Below are positions 1 to 16,019 of a DNA stretch of 64,000 bases, piece after piece (positions within the stretch are counted from its first letter, which is position 1; every line of letters begins with the position of its first letter). Both the position numbers and the translations under genes were made by a program. Origin of the DNA: Eledone cirrhosa (lineage: Eukaryota); contig OZ024741.1 of the NCBI GenBank assembly GCA_964016885.1, forward strand, positions 360,716,001 through 360,780,000, given 5' to 3'. The notes beneath the pieces were generated by a model that searched no databases, had not been told where the DNA came from, and worked only from the letters and a program-made list of their open reading frames with translations.

Positions 1-16
1 GAGAGAGATTTAATTG

Positions 17-52
17 CCCCTATATTTCGGATTCGCATCCATCAACTGGGGG
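17..52 (-). ncRNA. Degenerate minimal type I hammerhead-like motif (Penelope-type)
   Basis: Minus strand reads CCCC-CAGTTGA-T-GGAT(GCGA)ATCC-GAAA-TA-TA-GGGG. Stems I and II pair; the core differs from CTGATGA at two positions. Confidence 0.4.
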
Positions 53-310
53 TTTTTCCGGGGGGGAAAGTTATCTGTTGGAGAGGAACGGTACGTGGCC
101 TCTGTTGTCCGCTGTTTGTATGTATTTTTTAACGCTCTTTTCTACGTTCCTCTACACACTATACATCTCATTCTACACTCCCTTACATCTCTTCACCACC
201 ACCAGATTCTGTTACCAGGAGATTTACCCATCTGCATTGTTAAGGCTTCCAAAACGACAAAAAAAAAAAATGTTATTATTCCACAATGCTTCAAGCAAAT
301 TTCAATACTC

Positions 311-362
311 TCATATATATATATATAAAATATATATATATATAAAATATAATATATATAAA

Positions 363-395
<33 letters not shown>

Positions 396-440
396 TATAT
401 ATAAAATATATATATATATATAAAATATAATATATATAAA

Positions 441-473
<33 letters not shown>

Positions 474-733
474 TATATATAAAATATATATATATATATA
501 TATAAAATATAATATATATAAAATATATATATATATATATATATATAAAATAAAATATATATAAAATATATATATATATAAAATAAAATATATATAAAAT
601 ATATATATATATAAAATAAAATATATATAAAATATATATATATATATAAAATATAATATATATAAAATATAATATATATAAAATATATATATATATATAA
701 AATATAATATATATAAAATATAATATATATATT
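311..733. repeat. (TA)n / TAAAATATA microsatellite
   Basis: Directly visible low-complexity tract. Confidence 0.97.
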
Positions 734-734
734 A

Positions 735-2795
735 GATAGTAGATAAGGCTATTAGAGACAAAAGACGAGCATGGAAGGCTTGGAAAAAGGGTGGGAGTAG
801 GGAAGAATATACAGCCACTAAGAGAGAAGCTAGGCGTCAGGTGTACTTAGCACGCAGGGAGGCAGAGAGTAGGAGGTTTGCCAATGTTCTGCGACGGGAA
901 GATCAGAGGCGTGCGGTATTCCACATTGCAAGGCAGTGTGTCAATGCAAATCATGATGTTGTTGGAGATAAATGTGTCCGGGATGATGCCGGTGTACTTA
1001 GTGTCACGAATGATCAGAATAAGGAGGCCTGGAAATGTCATTATGAGAGACTGATGAATGTGGAGAACGAATGGGAGAGAGAGAAATTACCCTTGGTAGA
1101 TCCAACAGAGGGACCAGCTATTGAGATTGATGAATATAGGGTCCAAGAGGCGATTAGGGAAATGAAAAATGGTAAGGCTGCCGGACCACCGGGAATAGTT
1201 GCTGAGATGCTGAAGGCATCAGGGGACGTAGGCACTAAACGCATCATCAATCAGGCTATATATGGTGGTGTCATACCCAAAGACTGGTGCAGCAGTATTC
1301 TCATAAATTGCTACAAAGGTAAAGGGGATGCTTTGGAGAGGAGCAATTATAGGGGTATAAAACTGATAGATCAGGTTATGAAAGTGGCAGAAAGAATTTT
1401 ACACAACTAATTAGAGAAAGGGTCAAACTAGATGAGATGCAGTTTGGTTTTGTGCCTGGGAAGAGTACAACAGATGCCCTCTTCTTGGTGAGATGATTGC
1501 AAGAGAGGTTCTTAGAGAAGAATAAGCCACTATACTTAGCCTTTGTTGACCTAGAGAAGGCCTTTGATAGGGTACCCCGATCTGTCATCTGGTGGTCCCT
1601 AAGGAAGCTAGGTGTTGAGGAATGGCTTGTGAGGACAGTGCAAACTTTGTACAGAGGTACTCTCAGTAAAGTCAGGGTAGGAATGGAGTTTAGTTAGGAA
1701 TTCCAGATACAAGTAGGAGTACATCAGGGTTCGGTCCTCAGCCCGCTCTTGTTCATTTTAGTCCTCAAAGCCATAACAGAGGAGTTTAAGACTGGCTGTC
1801 CATGGGAACTTCTCTATGCTGACGATCTGGTTCTTATAGCAGAATCAGTAGAGGAGCTAGAGAATAAATTCTGGCTATGGAAACAGCAGTTGGAAGCAAG
1901 AGGACTGAGAGTGAATCTAGCTAAGACAAAAGTGTTGATGAGTAGAAAAGAGGACAAAACCCTGATTCCGTCAGGGAAATGGCCGTGTTCGATATGCAGA
2001 AAAGGAACTGGCATAAATTCTATAAAATGCACACAATGCAGATCCTGGGTACACAAGAGATGTAGCGGGATAGCAGGCAAACTAACAGGTAGGAAGAATT
2101 ATGTATGCAGTAGATGTACAGGGAAATTAGACAGTAGAAGTCGCACTGATAGACACATTTTTCAAATGCAGGAGGGCGCTATAGAAGTGGTGGATAGCTT
2201 CCGGTACCTAGGAGATCAGATTAGCATGGGAGGAGGGTGTTCCGAGGCCATAGTATCTAGAATAAGGACGGGTTGGAAGAAGTTTAGGGAGCTGCTTCCT
2301 CTGTTGACGAAGAAGGGTTTCTCCCTGCGTACGAAAGGCCGGTTGTATGATGCTTGTGTGAGGAGCGCGATGCTGCATGGTAGTGAGACATGGGCAGCAA
2401 CTGCAGAGGATATGCGACGGCTGGAGAGAAATGAGGCAAGCATGCTCCGTTGGATGTGCAGTGTAAATGTGCGTGAACGACCCAGCATAAATGTGTTGAG
2501 AGAGAAACTGTGTCTGAGAGGGAGAGGAGACTGAGGTGTTATGGACATGTGATGCGCATGGAGGATGACCGATGGGTGAAGAAGTGCCAGGAATTGCCAG
2601 TTGAAGGAAGACGTGGTAGAGGTAGACCACAAAAAACATGGGCGGAGGTGGTGAGAACAGACCTCAGATCATTGAAGCTCACGGTGGAGATGACGAGGGA
2701 CCATGACGAGTGGAGAGATGCTGTGCTGAATAAGACCCGTCCCACCCTTGCAAGCAGGGAAAAGCGGACGTAAAATGATGATGATGATGTTGATG
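735..2795 (+). mobile_element. RTE-clade LINE subfamily A, 5'-truncated and disrupted RT (pseudogene) with (GAT)n tail
   Basis: Translations show [52 protein letters not shown], a CxxC..CxxC..H..C..CxxC insert, LHGSETW and RGRGRP. Stops and frameshifts near 1408, 1495, 1695 and 2520. Confidence 0.95.
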
Positions 2796-2828
<33 letters not shown>

Positions 2829-2935
2829 TATATATATATATATATATATGCAAAAGTTCTATTTAAAATTGTTGGGATACAACAAGTAAATATTTTTATA
2901 ACTGATATAAAGCACTCGACAAGTATTTGGAGTAG

Positions 2936-3737
2936 ATATACGATATTAATAAATGGAAACTATATTTATAAAACCATATTTATTTCATTATACATATTTC
3001 AGGGATACCAAATTAAATTATGGTATGCCTTCATCAGACAAAATACAATATATAACAGTTTTACAAATAAGCTTTGACGTACCCTATTAAAATGCAACCA
3101 TTATTTTTGGAAGCCATCCGGATAGTGAGTTGTTTATATTATTTTAATAAGTCATAGTGTTAAGGATAATTAGAAAAAGACGGAGAGAAAGAAAAAGACA
3201 GAGAGAGAGAAAGAAAAAACGTGGAGAAGTATCGGAGAGAGAGAGATGCATGGAGAAAAAAGAAAGAGATAAATAAAGTCAGTAGGAAAGAAAGAAAAAA
3301 GGAAGAAATACGAAAAACAGAGGAAAGCAACAGAGAGATATTAAGTCATCATACAGATAGAAAAACTTAAGAGAGAGAAATATTATATAGAGAGAGGGGG
3401 AGAAAATGAAACTTTACGTCATGTCATATTAAGCTGAGTTAACAATTCATATGAAATGAATAATAAAAATATAAATATTAATATTCATGAATGGGATATA
3501 AATATATAATATGAGAAATCAAACATTATGACTTAGGATAATATAAACAACTCACTATCCGGATGGCTTCCAAAAATAATGGTTGCATTTTAATAGGGTA
3601 CATCAAAGCTTATTTGTAAAACTGTTATATATTGTATTTTGTCTGATGAAGGCATACCATAATTTAATTTGGTATCCCTGAAATATGTATAATGAAATAA
3701 ATATCGTTTTATAAATATAGTTTCCATTTATTAATAT

Positions 3738-3744
<7 letters not shown>
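2936..3744. repeat. ~205-bp near-perfect inverted repeat (2936-3142 / 3538-3744), Penelope pLTR-like
   Basis: The arms are reverse complements with about three mismatches by eye. Each arm carries a CTGATGA...GAAA hammerhead motif. Confidence 0.9.
3630..3700 (+). ncRNA. Hammerhead ribozyme-like motif (type I, minimal stem III); mirror copy at 2980-3050 on minus
   Basis: CTGATGA (3643) - stem II AGG(C)ATACCA/TGGTAT(C)CCT - GAAA (3680) - TATG-TA. Core intact; stem I pairing poor. Confidence 0.6.
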
Positions 3745-3781
<37 letters not shown>

Positions 3782-3784
<3 letters not shown>

Positions 3785-4775
3785 TAGCATTAAAGCCCGG
3801 CGTTGCTCGGGGTCATTAAGTTACCAAAGTTAGGTTGCACCACCCATTTTATGGCAGCATTTTTTTGTCTGCCAGGCACTGGGTGAATGAATTGCAGATC
3901 TGGAAGCATGATCTGCGCCAGCAGTGACAATTGCAGTTTCGCCTATGGATATTATCTCTGTGCAAAAAAGTGTTGAAATTTATTGTTTCACAGTACTTGC
4001 GCAACACGCGCGTAGACAATGCCAGCCGAACAACAGAGCTGCGATGGAGTTGTTCTGCATGGTTGTCTGTGTGTTTTCTAAATTTAAGACAGTAGGGAGG
4101 GTTGTGATATGAGGAGAGTTAGCTGTTGTTTCTAGCAGGTTTAGTGACCTCATAGAGGATATGTGTTTTCTAAATTTAAGACAGTAGGGAGTGGTGTGAT
4201 ATGGGGGAGAGTTAGCTGCTGTTTCTAGCAGGTTTAGTGACCTCATAGAAGATGTTTTCTAAATTTAAGACAGTAGGGAGGGGTGTGATATGGGGGAGAG
4301 TTAGCTGCTGTTTCTAGCAGGTTTAGTGACCTCATAGAAGATGTTTTCTAAATTTAAGACAGTAGGGAGTGGTGTGGGGAGGGGTGTGATATGGGGGAGA
4401 GTTAGCTGCTGTTTCTAGCAGGTTTAATAACCTCATAGAGGATATGTGTTTTCTAAATTTAAGACAGTAGGGAGTGGTGTGAACGGACAGTATCACCATC
4501 AAGCTTGGAAAGAGAAAGTAGCAGAAAGTATGAAGTTGTATAGATTTTGAATGGTAGTAGAAAGAGTTCAGCAGTTTAAATGAGAGAGAAAAATCGTAAA
4601 ATATTGAGTTTTATCTATTTTTTGCGTAATTGTGGGTGAAATTGAAAAAATTATCTGCGTCAAGACGCAATTGAAACTATTTTGAATCCTGAATTGTAAA
4701 TTTCAATTGAAGAAATTCTATATCGTAGATTTCTATAACGAAGGAGCATGACCACACACTGAGCTTTATAGATTA
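3782..4775 (+). mobile_element. Helentron/HINE-like non-autonomous element with internal tandem array
   Basis: Starts TACTAG...CCCGGCGTTGCTCGGG (subterminal hairpin) right after a (TA)n tract and ends at CTTTATAGAT before another (TA)n. Contains a tandem repeat. Confidence 0.5.
4070..4481 (+). repeat. ~90-bp tandem repeat, about 4.5 copies
   Basis: Unit TGTTTTCTAAATTTAAGACAGTAGGGAG...GAGAGTTAGCTGCTGTTTCTAGCAGGTTTAGTGACCTCATAGA recurs. Confidence 0.92.
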
Positions 4776-4805
4776 TGATATATATATAAAATATATATAT
4801 ATACA

Positions 4806-4837
<32 letters not shown>

Positions 4838-5309
4838 TATATATACAAAATATATATATACAATATATATATGTATATATATACACACATACATATGTAT
4901 ATATATATGTATATATATATGCCACCATCTCTATAACTGACTAGACCACCTGTGACACGTTGGGTCATGTTCACTTATAAATAATTTTTAAATAATTAAA
5001 ATATACACGGACATGTATATAATGTAAAATGAAGTCACTTGTTATAATTTCATTTAACAGCACCACCTGCTCTTTCTCTCTCCCTCACTCTCTTTCGCTC
5101 TCTCTCTGTCTCTCTTTTAATCTACTCTCTCACAACCACTATCTCTTTCTCTCTCTCTATTTGTGAAGGTACCCAGAAAACCCCATATCTCGGGAACCCG
5201 TGTTCCGATTTCCACAAAACTTGTTTTATTCCATTTGTATTCCCATTTCCAGGGCAACTACCTTTCAAAGTATTTTCCTATTATGTGCTGTTTTGGCTGT
5301 ATTATTACA

Positions 5310-5421
5310 TAAATCCCGCCGAGGTTGACTTTGCCTTTCATCCTTACGGGGTCGATAAAATAAAGTACCAGTAATGCACTGGGTAATTGCTGGCCTTGTG
5401 CCTAAAGTAGAAACAATTATT
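5310..5421 (+). mobile_element. SINE fragment, Nin/Deu-domain-like family
   Basis: CTTTGCCTTTCATCCTTACGGGGTCGATAAAATAAAGTACCAG core, shared with about ten other copies in the window. Confidence 0.8.
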
Positions 5422-6339
5422 ACATTACAGACAAGCACACAATCACAGAGTTTTAGTAGTACATAGATAGAGATATATATGTAAGTTGATAATATGTGAA
5501 AATAAAACCTGATGATACCGCTTTTGAGCCCATTCCCGATGGTTGCAGTATAAAACCATTAGAAAATTTGGATAATAATATTTTTGTAAAAATATTTTTT
5601 TAAGGAATTTTTAAATTTTCTGATTTTGTAACTTCACATCCTCGGAATGAAGCTCTATCAGCTGAAACATGCATTAGTTTAAAAAGAGTATTGACTCTTT
5701 GGTGCTTTTTAATCTTTATATATACTAGCAGAAAAACCACCCTTCGGGTGGTTTTCTGCTTGCATGTGTAGTGTACATAGTGATAATATACACAAATATA
5801 TATACATGTAGATATGATATGTCAAATAAAATCGTAATTGACAATATGCACAGCAATTGAAGAGAGACTGTGTTACACTGTCTTCTGTAATCAGTAAAGT
5901 AATCCATGATACATTTAAAAAAGACGATATTATATATAAACTGCATTACGGTGAAATGTTATGAAAATGAAAAAGGAGAAAATTAGCGACGGAAATATAA
6001 ACGTTGATATAACGATGCAAATATATGAACGTTTATATATGCGATATGATATTGCATACAGTATATCATAACCAGAAGTATTGACATTTAAAAATGTTAA
6101 AAGATGTGAATCTTAAAATAAGCAATCATTATATATAAGAATATTTATGTTTAATCAACAGCTACGAAATTTAGTGGATAAATTACATAATATTCATTCA
6201 TTATTTATTCAAGGTAATCCAGCTTATTTTACTAATGGGATAAACCCGCACTCCTCCCTTTATTATATGATATGACCGGCTTTCACACAGTTTCTGTCTC
6301 ACAAATTTCACCCATATCCTCTTGCAGATCACTAAAGTA

Positions 6340-7105
6340 TGACATCAAAATACACATGCACACACCTAAACATATACACATACATGTTTGCATGCACACA
6401 CACACTCACTCACACAAATATACATCTAAACATATACACATACATGTTTGCACACACACTCACTCACACAAATATACACCTAAACATATACACATACATG
6501 ATTGCATGCACACACACACTCACTCACACAAATATACATCTAAACATATACACATACATGTTTGCATGCACATACACACACACACACATGCGTGCATGCA
6601 CACACACACTCACTCACATATGCACATTTAAACATATACACATATATGTTTGCATGCACACACAAATACACACCTAAACATATACACATACATGTTTTCA
6701 TGCCCACACACACATGCACACACACACTCACTCACACATACACATCTAAACATACACACATATATGTTTGCATGCACACACATACACTCACACACAAACA
6801 TATGCATACCCATGTTTGCATGCACCCACACTCAATCAAATGCACATACATGTCTGCATGAGCATGCTCATACATATTTGCATGCATACACACACGTGTG
6901 TACATACACACACACACAAACACATACACATACATGTTTGCGTGTACACACACACATGCATGTTTGCATGTACACACAAATGCATACACATACATGTTTA
7001 CATGTACACACACACATGCATACACATACATGTTTGCATGTACACACACACATGCATACACATACATGTTTGTATGTACACACACACACAATCATATGCA
7101 CATAT
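6340..7105. repeat. (CA)-rich compound minisatellite
   Basis: Repeats of CTAAACATATACACATACATGTTTGCATGCACACAC... explain the His/Thr/Cys/Val ORFs. Confidence 0.93.
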
Positions 7106-7879
7106 CTGTTTGTATGCCCCCCTCACCCCACACATCTGATCTCTTTCCCTACTTTATCTGCTCTCACACAATATCTGATGGTTAAGCACCTTCCAGAACA
7201 ATCCAAATGTATCTATTTCTAAAATCGTTTGTCCGAGATTTTCTCTTCATCCGATTAATGTTGCTATGGAAATACTTTTGATAGAACAGATAAAAACAAG
7301 TATGGATGGAATATTCGAATTTTCTCAAAAAGTGGAGAAGCAATTTTGTTGTGAGTCACTTGAATTAGTGAAGGCACATGTCTTAGTGGTTATGGAGTGC
7401 AGCTCACGATCACAAGGTTGTGAGTTTGATTTCCCATGGCCCATTATATCCTTAAGCAAAACACTTTTTTTTCACATTGTTCCAGTCCACTCAGCTGTGG
7501 GAAGGTGGGTCTTGTGCAGAATGGCGTATCAACAGAGAACTCGGTCCTGCTTGATCTCCTTTGAGGTCAGCTTTTACCATATCATCCCAAGCTTTCTTAG
7601 GTCATCCTCTTGTAGATTCCAACAACTTCAAATACCCTGCACCTTTTTATGCAACTGTCATCCTCCATACACATATATATCCATACCACCACAGTTCCTT
7701 CACCTTCATATGTGTGCGCGCACACACACATACACGCACACACATATATACATATATATATACATATACAGGGTCCAAAAAAATGTATACACATTTCAAC
7801 AGCATTCTAATAAATATTGCCTGTACAGGTAATCAAAGTGTGTATACATTTTTGGTGGGGACACATATATATGATGGCT

Positions 7880-8315
7880 GCAAACTCTGCTAGGAGTATT
7901 GCAATCACTTTGTCAGATTATAGAGTTTAGTGCACTTTTAGGCTACGGCCAGCCACATGAAGCTGTAACATATCCTGAACAAGCAATGCCTGTGCTTTGA
8001 AGGTTTTTGAAGTGGGGAAAGGCCTTGCACACGACCAATCCCACTCTCTGAGCATCGAAAACACTACCCAAAAAGGAGAACTGGTCAGCATCATCGGATT
8101 CTTCCAAAGCCGCAGGTTTTTTCAGAGTTTCCCTCTCCTAGAAAGGTGTTGTGACAACAACTGGGGGCCTATCACTCCCAGATAAAAAAAAAAATACTAT
8201 TTGGATGGCCATTGACTCTGCTTCCGCCTTTTGCAGGGTCTTGTATTTCATCCACCCTCCTCACCAAGCTAGCTTGGTGGAGTTGCTGGTTTAGTTGCCA
8301 ATGACCTGACCATAC
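7880..8315 (-). mobile_element. Diverged RTE 5'-UTR-like fragment related to the 610-bp element
   Basis: Shares GGATGGCCATTGACTCT, CACCCTCCTCACCAAG and GTTTAGTTGCCAATGACC with 14415-15024. Confidence 0.6.
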
Positions 8316-8540
8316 ATAATTTGGAGGAAGTGGAAGATGCGTTCATTCATACCAACAGTTTCATATCTTTCTATAACATTGTCACAGGAACAATTGTATT
8401 AATACAATACTGTTAAATTGTGTTATGAACTGACTAATCTGGTAGCCTTGACCTTAAACAATGACAATTTTCTGACTGTTGTATGAGTTACCTTCACCTT
8501 AAACAGTGACATGATGTAGACTGATTAGTGAGCTTGACCT

Positions 8541-8769
8541 TTAACCCTTTAGCATTTACATTACTTTATATTTACTATTATATTTTCATGGTAAACACTT
8601 TATTTCACATAATTATCTCACATAATATCAAATCTATGAGATTTTGATATTATTTATTTTGAAAACAATACCTTAACATTAGTATGATCGGCAGATTACA
8701 GCCAGTTTGAACAGAAAGGGGTGAGAGAATTCTGGCCGGATATGGCTGGTTTAAATGCTAAAGGGTTAA
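8541..8769. mobile_element. piggyBac-like MITE (TTAA-flanked); other copies at 29199-29407, 29758-29878, 31401-31628, 45311-45523, 46533-46758
   Basis: TTAA-CCCTTTAGCATTTA ... TAAATGCTAAAGGG-TTAA terminal inverted repeats around a conserved ~225-bp body. Confidence 0.85.
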
Positions 8770-9750
8770 TGATATCAAGACAGAAACTGTCAATAGAACA
8801 GAGTTTCATTGCCATTTCACTACCTAGGAACCATTTTATCTAAATGAAATGTTCTGTGGAACCCCTCCATGTATACACATAAGGCGGGAGTGCTAGTGAC
8901 ATGAGAAAAAAAGTGTCAATCCACCATGTAAGGTGGTTGTGCTGGTGACATGAAAAAAAGAAAACCACTCAGTCCACCCCATAAGGTGATCATGCACCCA
9001 GTCCACCCTGTAAGGTGGTCACGCTGGTGAGATGATGAAAAACACCCAGTCTAAACTGTAACATGGTTGGCATTAGGAAGAGCATGCAGCCATAATAACT
9101 AAGCTAAAATACAGATCTGTATAAAATAACAGTAGCACCACGACAGTGTTAAGCATAATAGAAGTGTATATGAAAGTATATTACTATATGTTTATATATA
9201 ATAAACATATGAAAACCTCGCTATCAAAGAAAAGATAATTTTTTTGTCAGAAAAAATGTTTTCTCTCTAATGCCCTATGAATATGTCAGAGATATCTCAG
9301 TAGCCATTGAGACTGCTAAAATAACTGTTTCGAGATTAGGTAATATCTCATCAGTAACATTCACTCAACTGGTAGTTAGATGAAAATAGACTGAAGCCTA
9401 TATAGATTTTGTGTGATGACCATTTGCTGGAGATGCTCATTTGCATAAACAAACAGAAAACATCAGCTGGAAATGCTCATTTGCATATAGTGTAGACTTG
9501 GTTGGTTATAATTAATTTGCAATAGCATAATATGGGTCTATGTGAAAGTATATACTATATGTTTATATACAATAAACATATGAGGCCCTTGCTATAAAAA
9601 AAAAAATTTTTTTCATTATAAAAGAATTAGTTTTCTCTCTTTTGCTCAGTGCACATGTCACAGATATCTCAGTAGCCATTTTTCATATACACCCCTTTTA
9701 TGCTTAATGCTCTCTTAGTGCTACTGCCAATTAATGTGGATATATATACA

Positions 9751-9782
<32 letters not shown>

Positions 9783-9834
9783 CATATATATATATATACA
9801 TATATATATACATATATATATACATATATATATC

Positions 9835-9988
9835 ATTTCATTTTACGTCCGCTTTTCCCTGCTTGCAAGGGTGGGACGGGAACTGATTCTGGCTTGATTT
9901 CTACAGCTGGATGCCCTTCCTAACACCAACCTCATTTACAGTGAGTGCTGGGTGCTTTTTTGCCGTGGCACCTCCACGACCACTTTGC
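9835..9988 (-). mobile_element. SINE 3' half with RTE-A tail, broken by a (TA)n tract
   Basis: Near-identical to part of 16020-16345; ends in the RTE-A 3' terminus. Confidence 0.85.
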
Positions 9989-13386
<3,398 letters not shown>

Positions 13387-13404
13387 TATATACATATAGG
13401 CACA

Positions 13405-13765
13405 TGGAGGCACATGGCTTAGTGGTTAGAGCATTGGCCTTGCAATCGAAAGGTTGTGAGTTCAATTCTCAGACCGGGTGATGTGTTGTTTCCTTGAGCA
13501 AGACACTTTATTTCACATTGCTCCAGTTTACTCAGCTGTAGAAATGAGATGATAGGGACTTGGGTCCCTATCATTCCTGGGTCCCTATCATTCCACTGCA
13601 AAGTGGTCGTGAAGGTGCCACGGCAAAAAAGCACCCAGCACTCACTGTAAATGAGGTTGGTGTTAGGAAGGGCATCCAGCTGTAGAAATCAAGCCAGAAT
13701 CAGTTTCCGTCCCACCCTTGCAAGCAGGGAAAAAGCGGACGTAAAATGAAATGAAAAATGAAATG
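13405..13765 (+). mobile_element. tRNA-derived SINE (CORE/V-like domain) with RTE-A 3' tail
   Basis: A-box TGGCTTAGTGG, B-box GAGTTCAATTC, CCTTGAGCAAGACACTT central domain, GATAGGGAC/GTCCCTATC hairpin, and tail CCGTCCCACCCTTGCAAGCAGGGAAAAAGCGGACGTAAAATGA. Confidence 0.9.
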
Positions 13766-13775
13766 ATATATATAC

Positions 13776-13806
<31 letters not shown>

Positions 13807-13831
13807 CATATATATATACATATATATATAC

Positions 13832-13884
<53 letters not shown>

Positions 13885-13885
13885 C

Positions 13886-13976
<91 letters not shown>

Positions 13977-14414
13977 CATATATATATATACATATATATA
14001 TATACATATATACATATATATACATATATATATATACATATATATATATACATATATATACATATATATATATACATATATATACATATATATATATACA
14101 TATATATATATACATATATATATATACATATATATACATATATATATATACATATATATATACATATATATACATATATATATATACATATATATACATA
14201 TATATATATACATATATATACATATATATATATACATATATATATATACATATATATATATACATATATACATATATATACATATATATATATACATATA
14301 TACATATATATACATATATATATATACATATATATACATATATATATATACATATATATATATACATATATACATATATATACATATATATATATACATA
14401 TATATATATACATA

Positions 14415-15021
14415 TGGTGGCTGCCAACTCGTTTTCGAGTACGGCCACTACTTTATATCCATGTAGGAGAACCCCTACCGATGCGCTGAACGAGTGTGAC
14501 TTTTTAGTCCAGCCAGTGACTTGAAAACTCTGGTACAAACACTACACTTGTGACAATTATTGACACATAGTGCTGGGCCCATGGTACCATGTGACGACAA
14601 GTGCAGAGAGATCTCCAGATATAAAGCAATGCCTGTGCCGTGAAGCTTTTATAGTGAGCAAAGGCACTGCACAAAGCCAGTCCCACTCTCTTAACCAAGA
14701 TGATATTTACCAAAAAGAAGAACAAGTCAACATCATTGGATACCATCAGGGTTGCAGGTGTTATATCAGAGTTTTCCTTCTCCTAGAATTCTGCCTTGAC
14801 AAAGGCTAAGGGGTCATCTCTCCCAGTGATTTTGGATGGCCATTGACTCTTAAGAGCTCCTTTGCCCTTTGACAGGTTTTGTTTTTAGTCCTGCAGGATG
14901 TCCAAAGTCACCCTCCTCACCAAGAAACCTTGGTGGGGTTGCCAGTTTAGTCGCCAACGACCCGACCATGAGACAGGTTGTACTGGGATACATGTTACCA
15001 GTAGCACCAACTGGTGACCTG

Positions 15022-15024
<3 letters not shown>
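14415..15024 (-). mobile_element. 610-bp internally deleted (bipartite) RTE derivative, copy 1
   Basis: Minus strand has an RTE-like 5' UTR (GGCGACTAAACTGGCAACCCC, CTAGGAGAAGGAAAACTCTGA) joined to a terminal C2H2 finger [23 protein letters not shown] and a 3' end. Flanked by (TA)n. Confidence 0.75.
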
Positions 15025-15058
<34 letters not shown>

Positions 15059-15261
15059 TATACATACATATATACATATATATACATACATATATACATA
15101 TATATACATATATATACATATATATACATATATATATATACATATATATACATATATATACATATATATATATACATATATATATACATATATATATATA
15201 CATATATATACATATATATATATATACATATATATACATATATATACATATATACATATAT

Positions 15262-15595
15262 CATCATCATCATCATCATCACCGTTTTACGTCCGTTCTT
15301 CCACGCTAGCATGGGTTAGACGGGTTGTCCTGTTGTGGGCAGTGTCTGGTCGGCTGACCATGCCTTGCTCATACAGGAACTGATCTGGCTTGATTTCTAC
15401 AGCTGGATGCCCTTCCTAACACCAACCTCATTTACAGTGAGTGCTGGGTGCTTTTTCGTGGCGCCTACACGTCCACTTTACAGTGTGGGCTGGGTGCTTT
15501 TTTGCCGTGGCACCTCCACGACCACCTTGCGGTGGGGGGGGGGGGGCATATTGTTTATATGCTTCAGCATGTACCCATGGGAGGTCGGGTACCCT
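15262..15595 (-). mobile_element. RTE-tail SINE body
   Basis: TTTCTACAGCTGGATGCCCTTCCTAACACCAACC core; CCACGCTAGCATGGGTTAGACGG tail with (ATC)n. Confidence 0.8.
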
Positions 15596-15646
15596 GTATA
15601 TATATATATGTATATATGTATATATATATATATGTATGTATATATG

Positions 15647-15702
<56 letters not shown>

Positions 15703-15707
15703 CATAT

Positions 15708-15816
<109 letters not shown>

Positions 15817-15853
15817 CATATATACATACATATATATATATATACATATATAC

Positions 15854-15946
<93 letters not shown>

Positions 15947-15955
15947 CATATATAC

Positions 15956-15986
<31 letters not shown>

Positions 15987-16019
15987 CATATATACATATA
16001 TATATATATACATATATAT

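Noticed and set aside
5726-5761. Rho-independent terminator-like hairpin
   Set aside because: Eukaryotic context with no upstream gene; better explained as a transposon subterminal hairpin.
6272-7222. His/Cys-rich metal-binding protein ORFs
   Set aside because: Translations of a (CA)/(TG) minisatellite, open in many frames on both strands.
13405-13480. tRNA gene
   Set aside because: A and B boxes are present, but there is no complete cloverleaf and the sequence runs into a SINE body. The same holds at 17583 and 52783.
14570-14809. 79-aa ORF conserved in two copies (also 37336-37575)
   Set aside because: Antisense to the RTE-derived element; conservation reflects recent copying, not selection.
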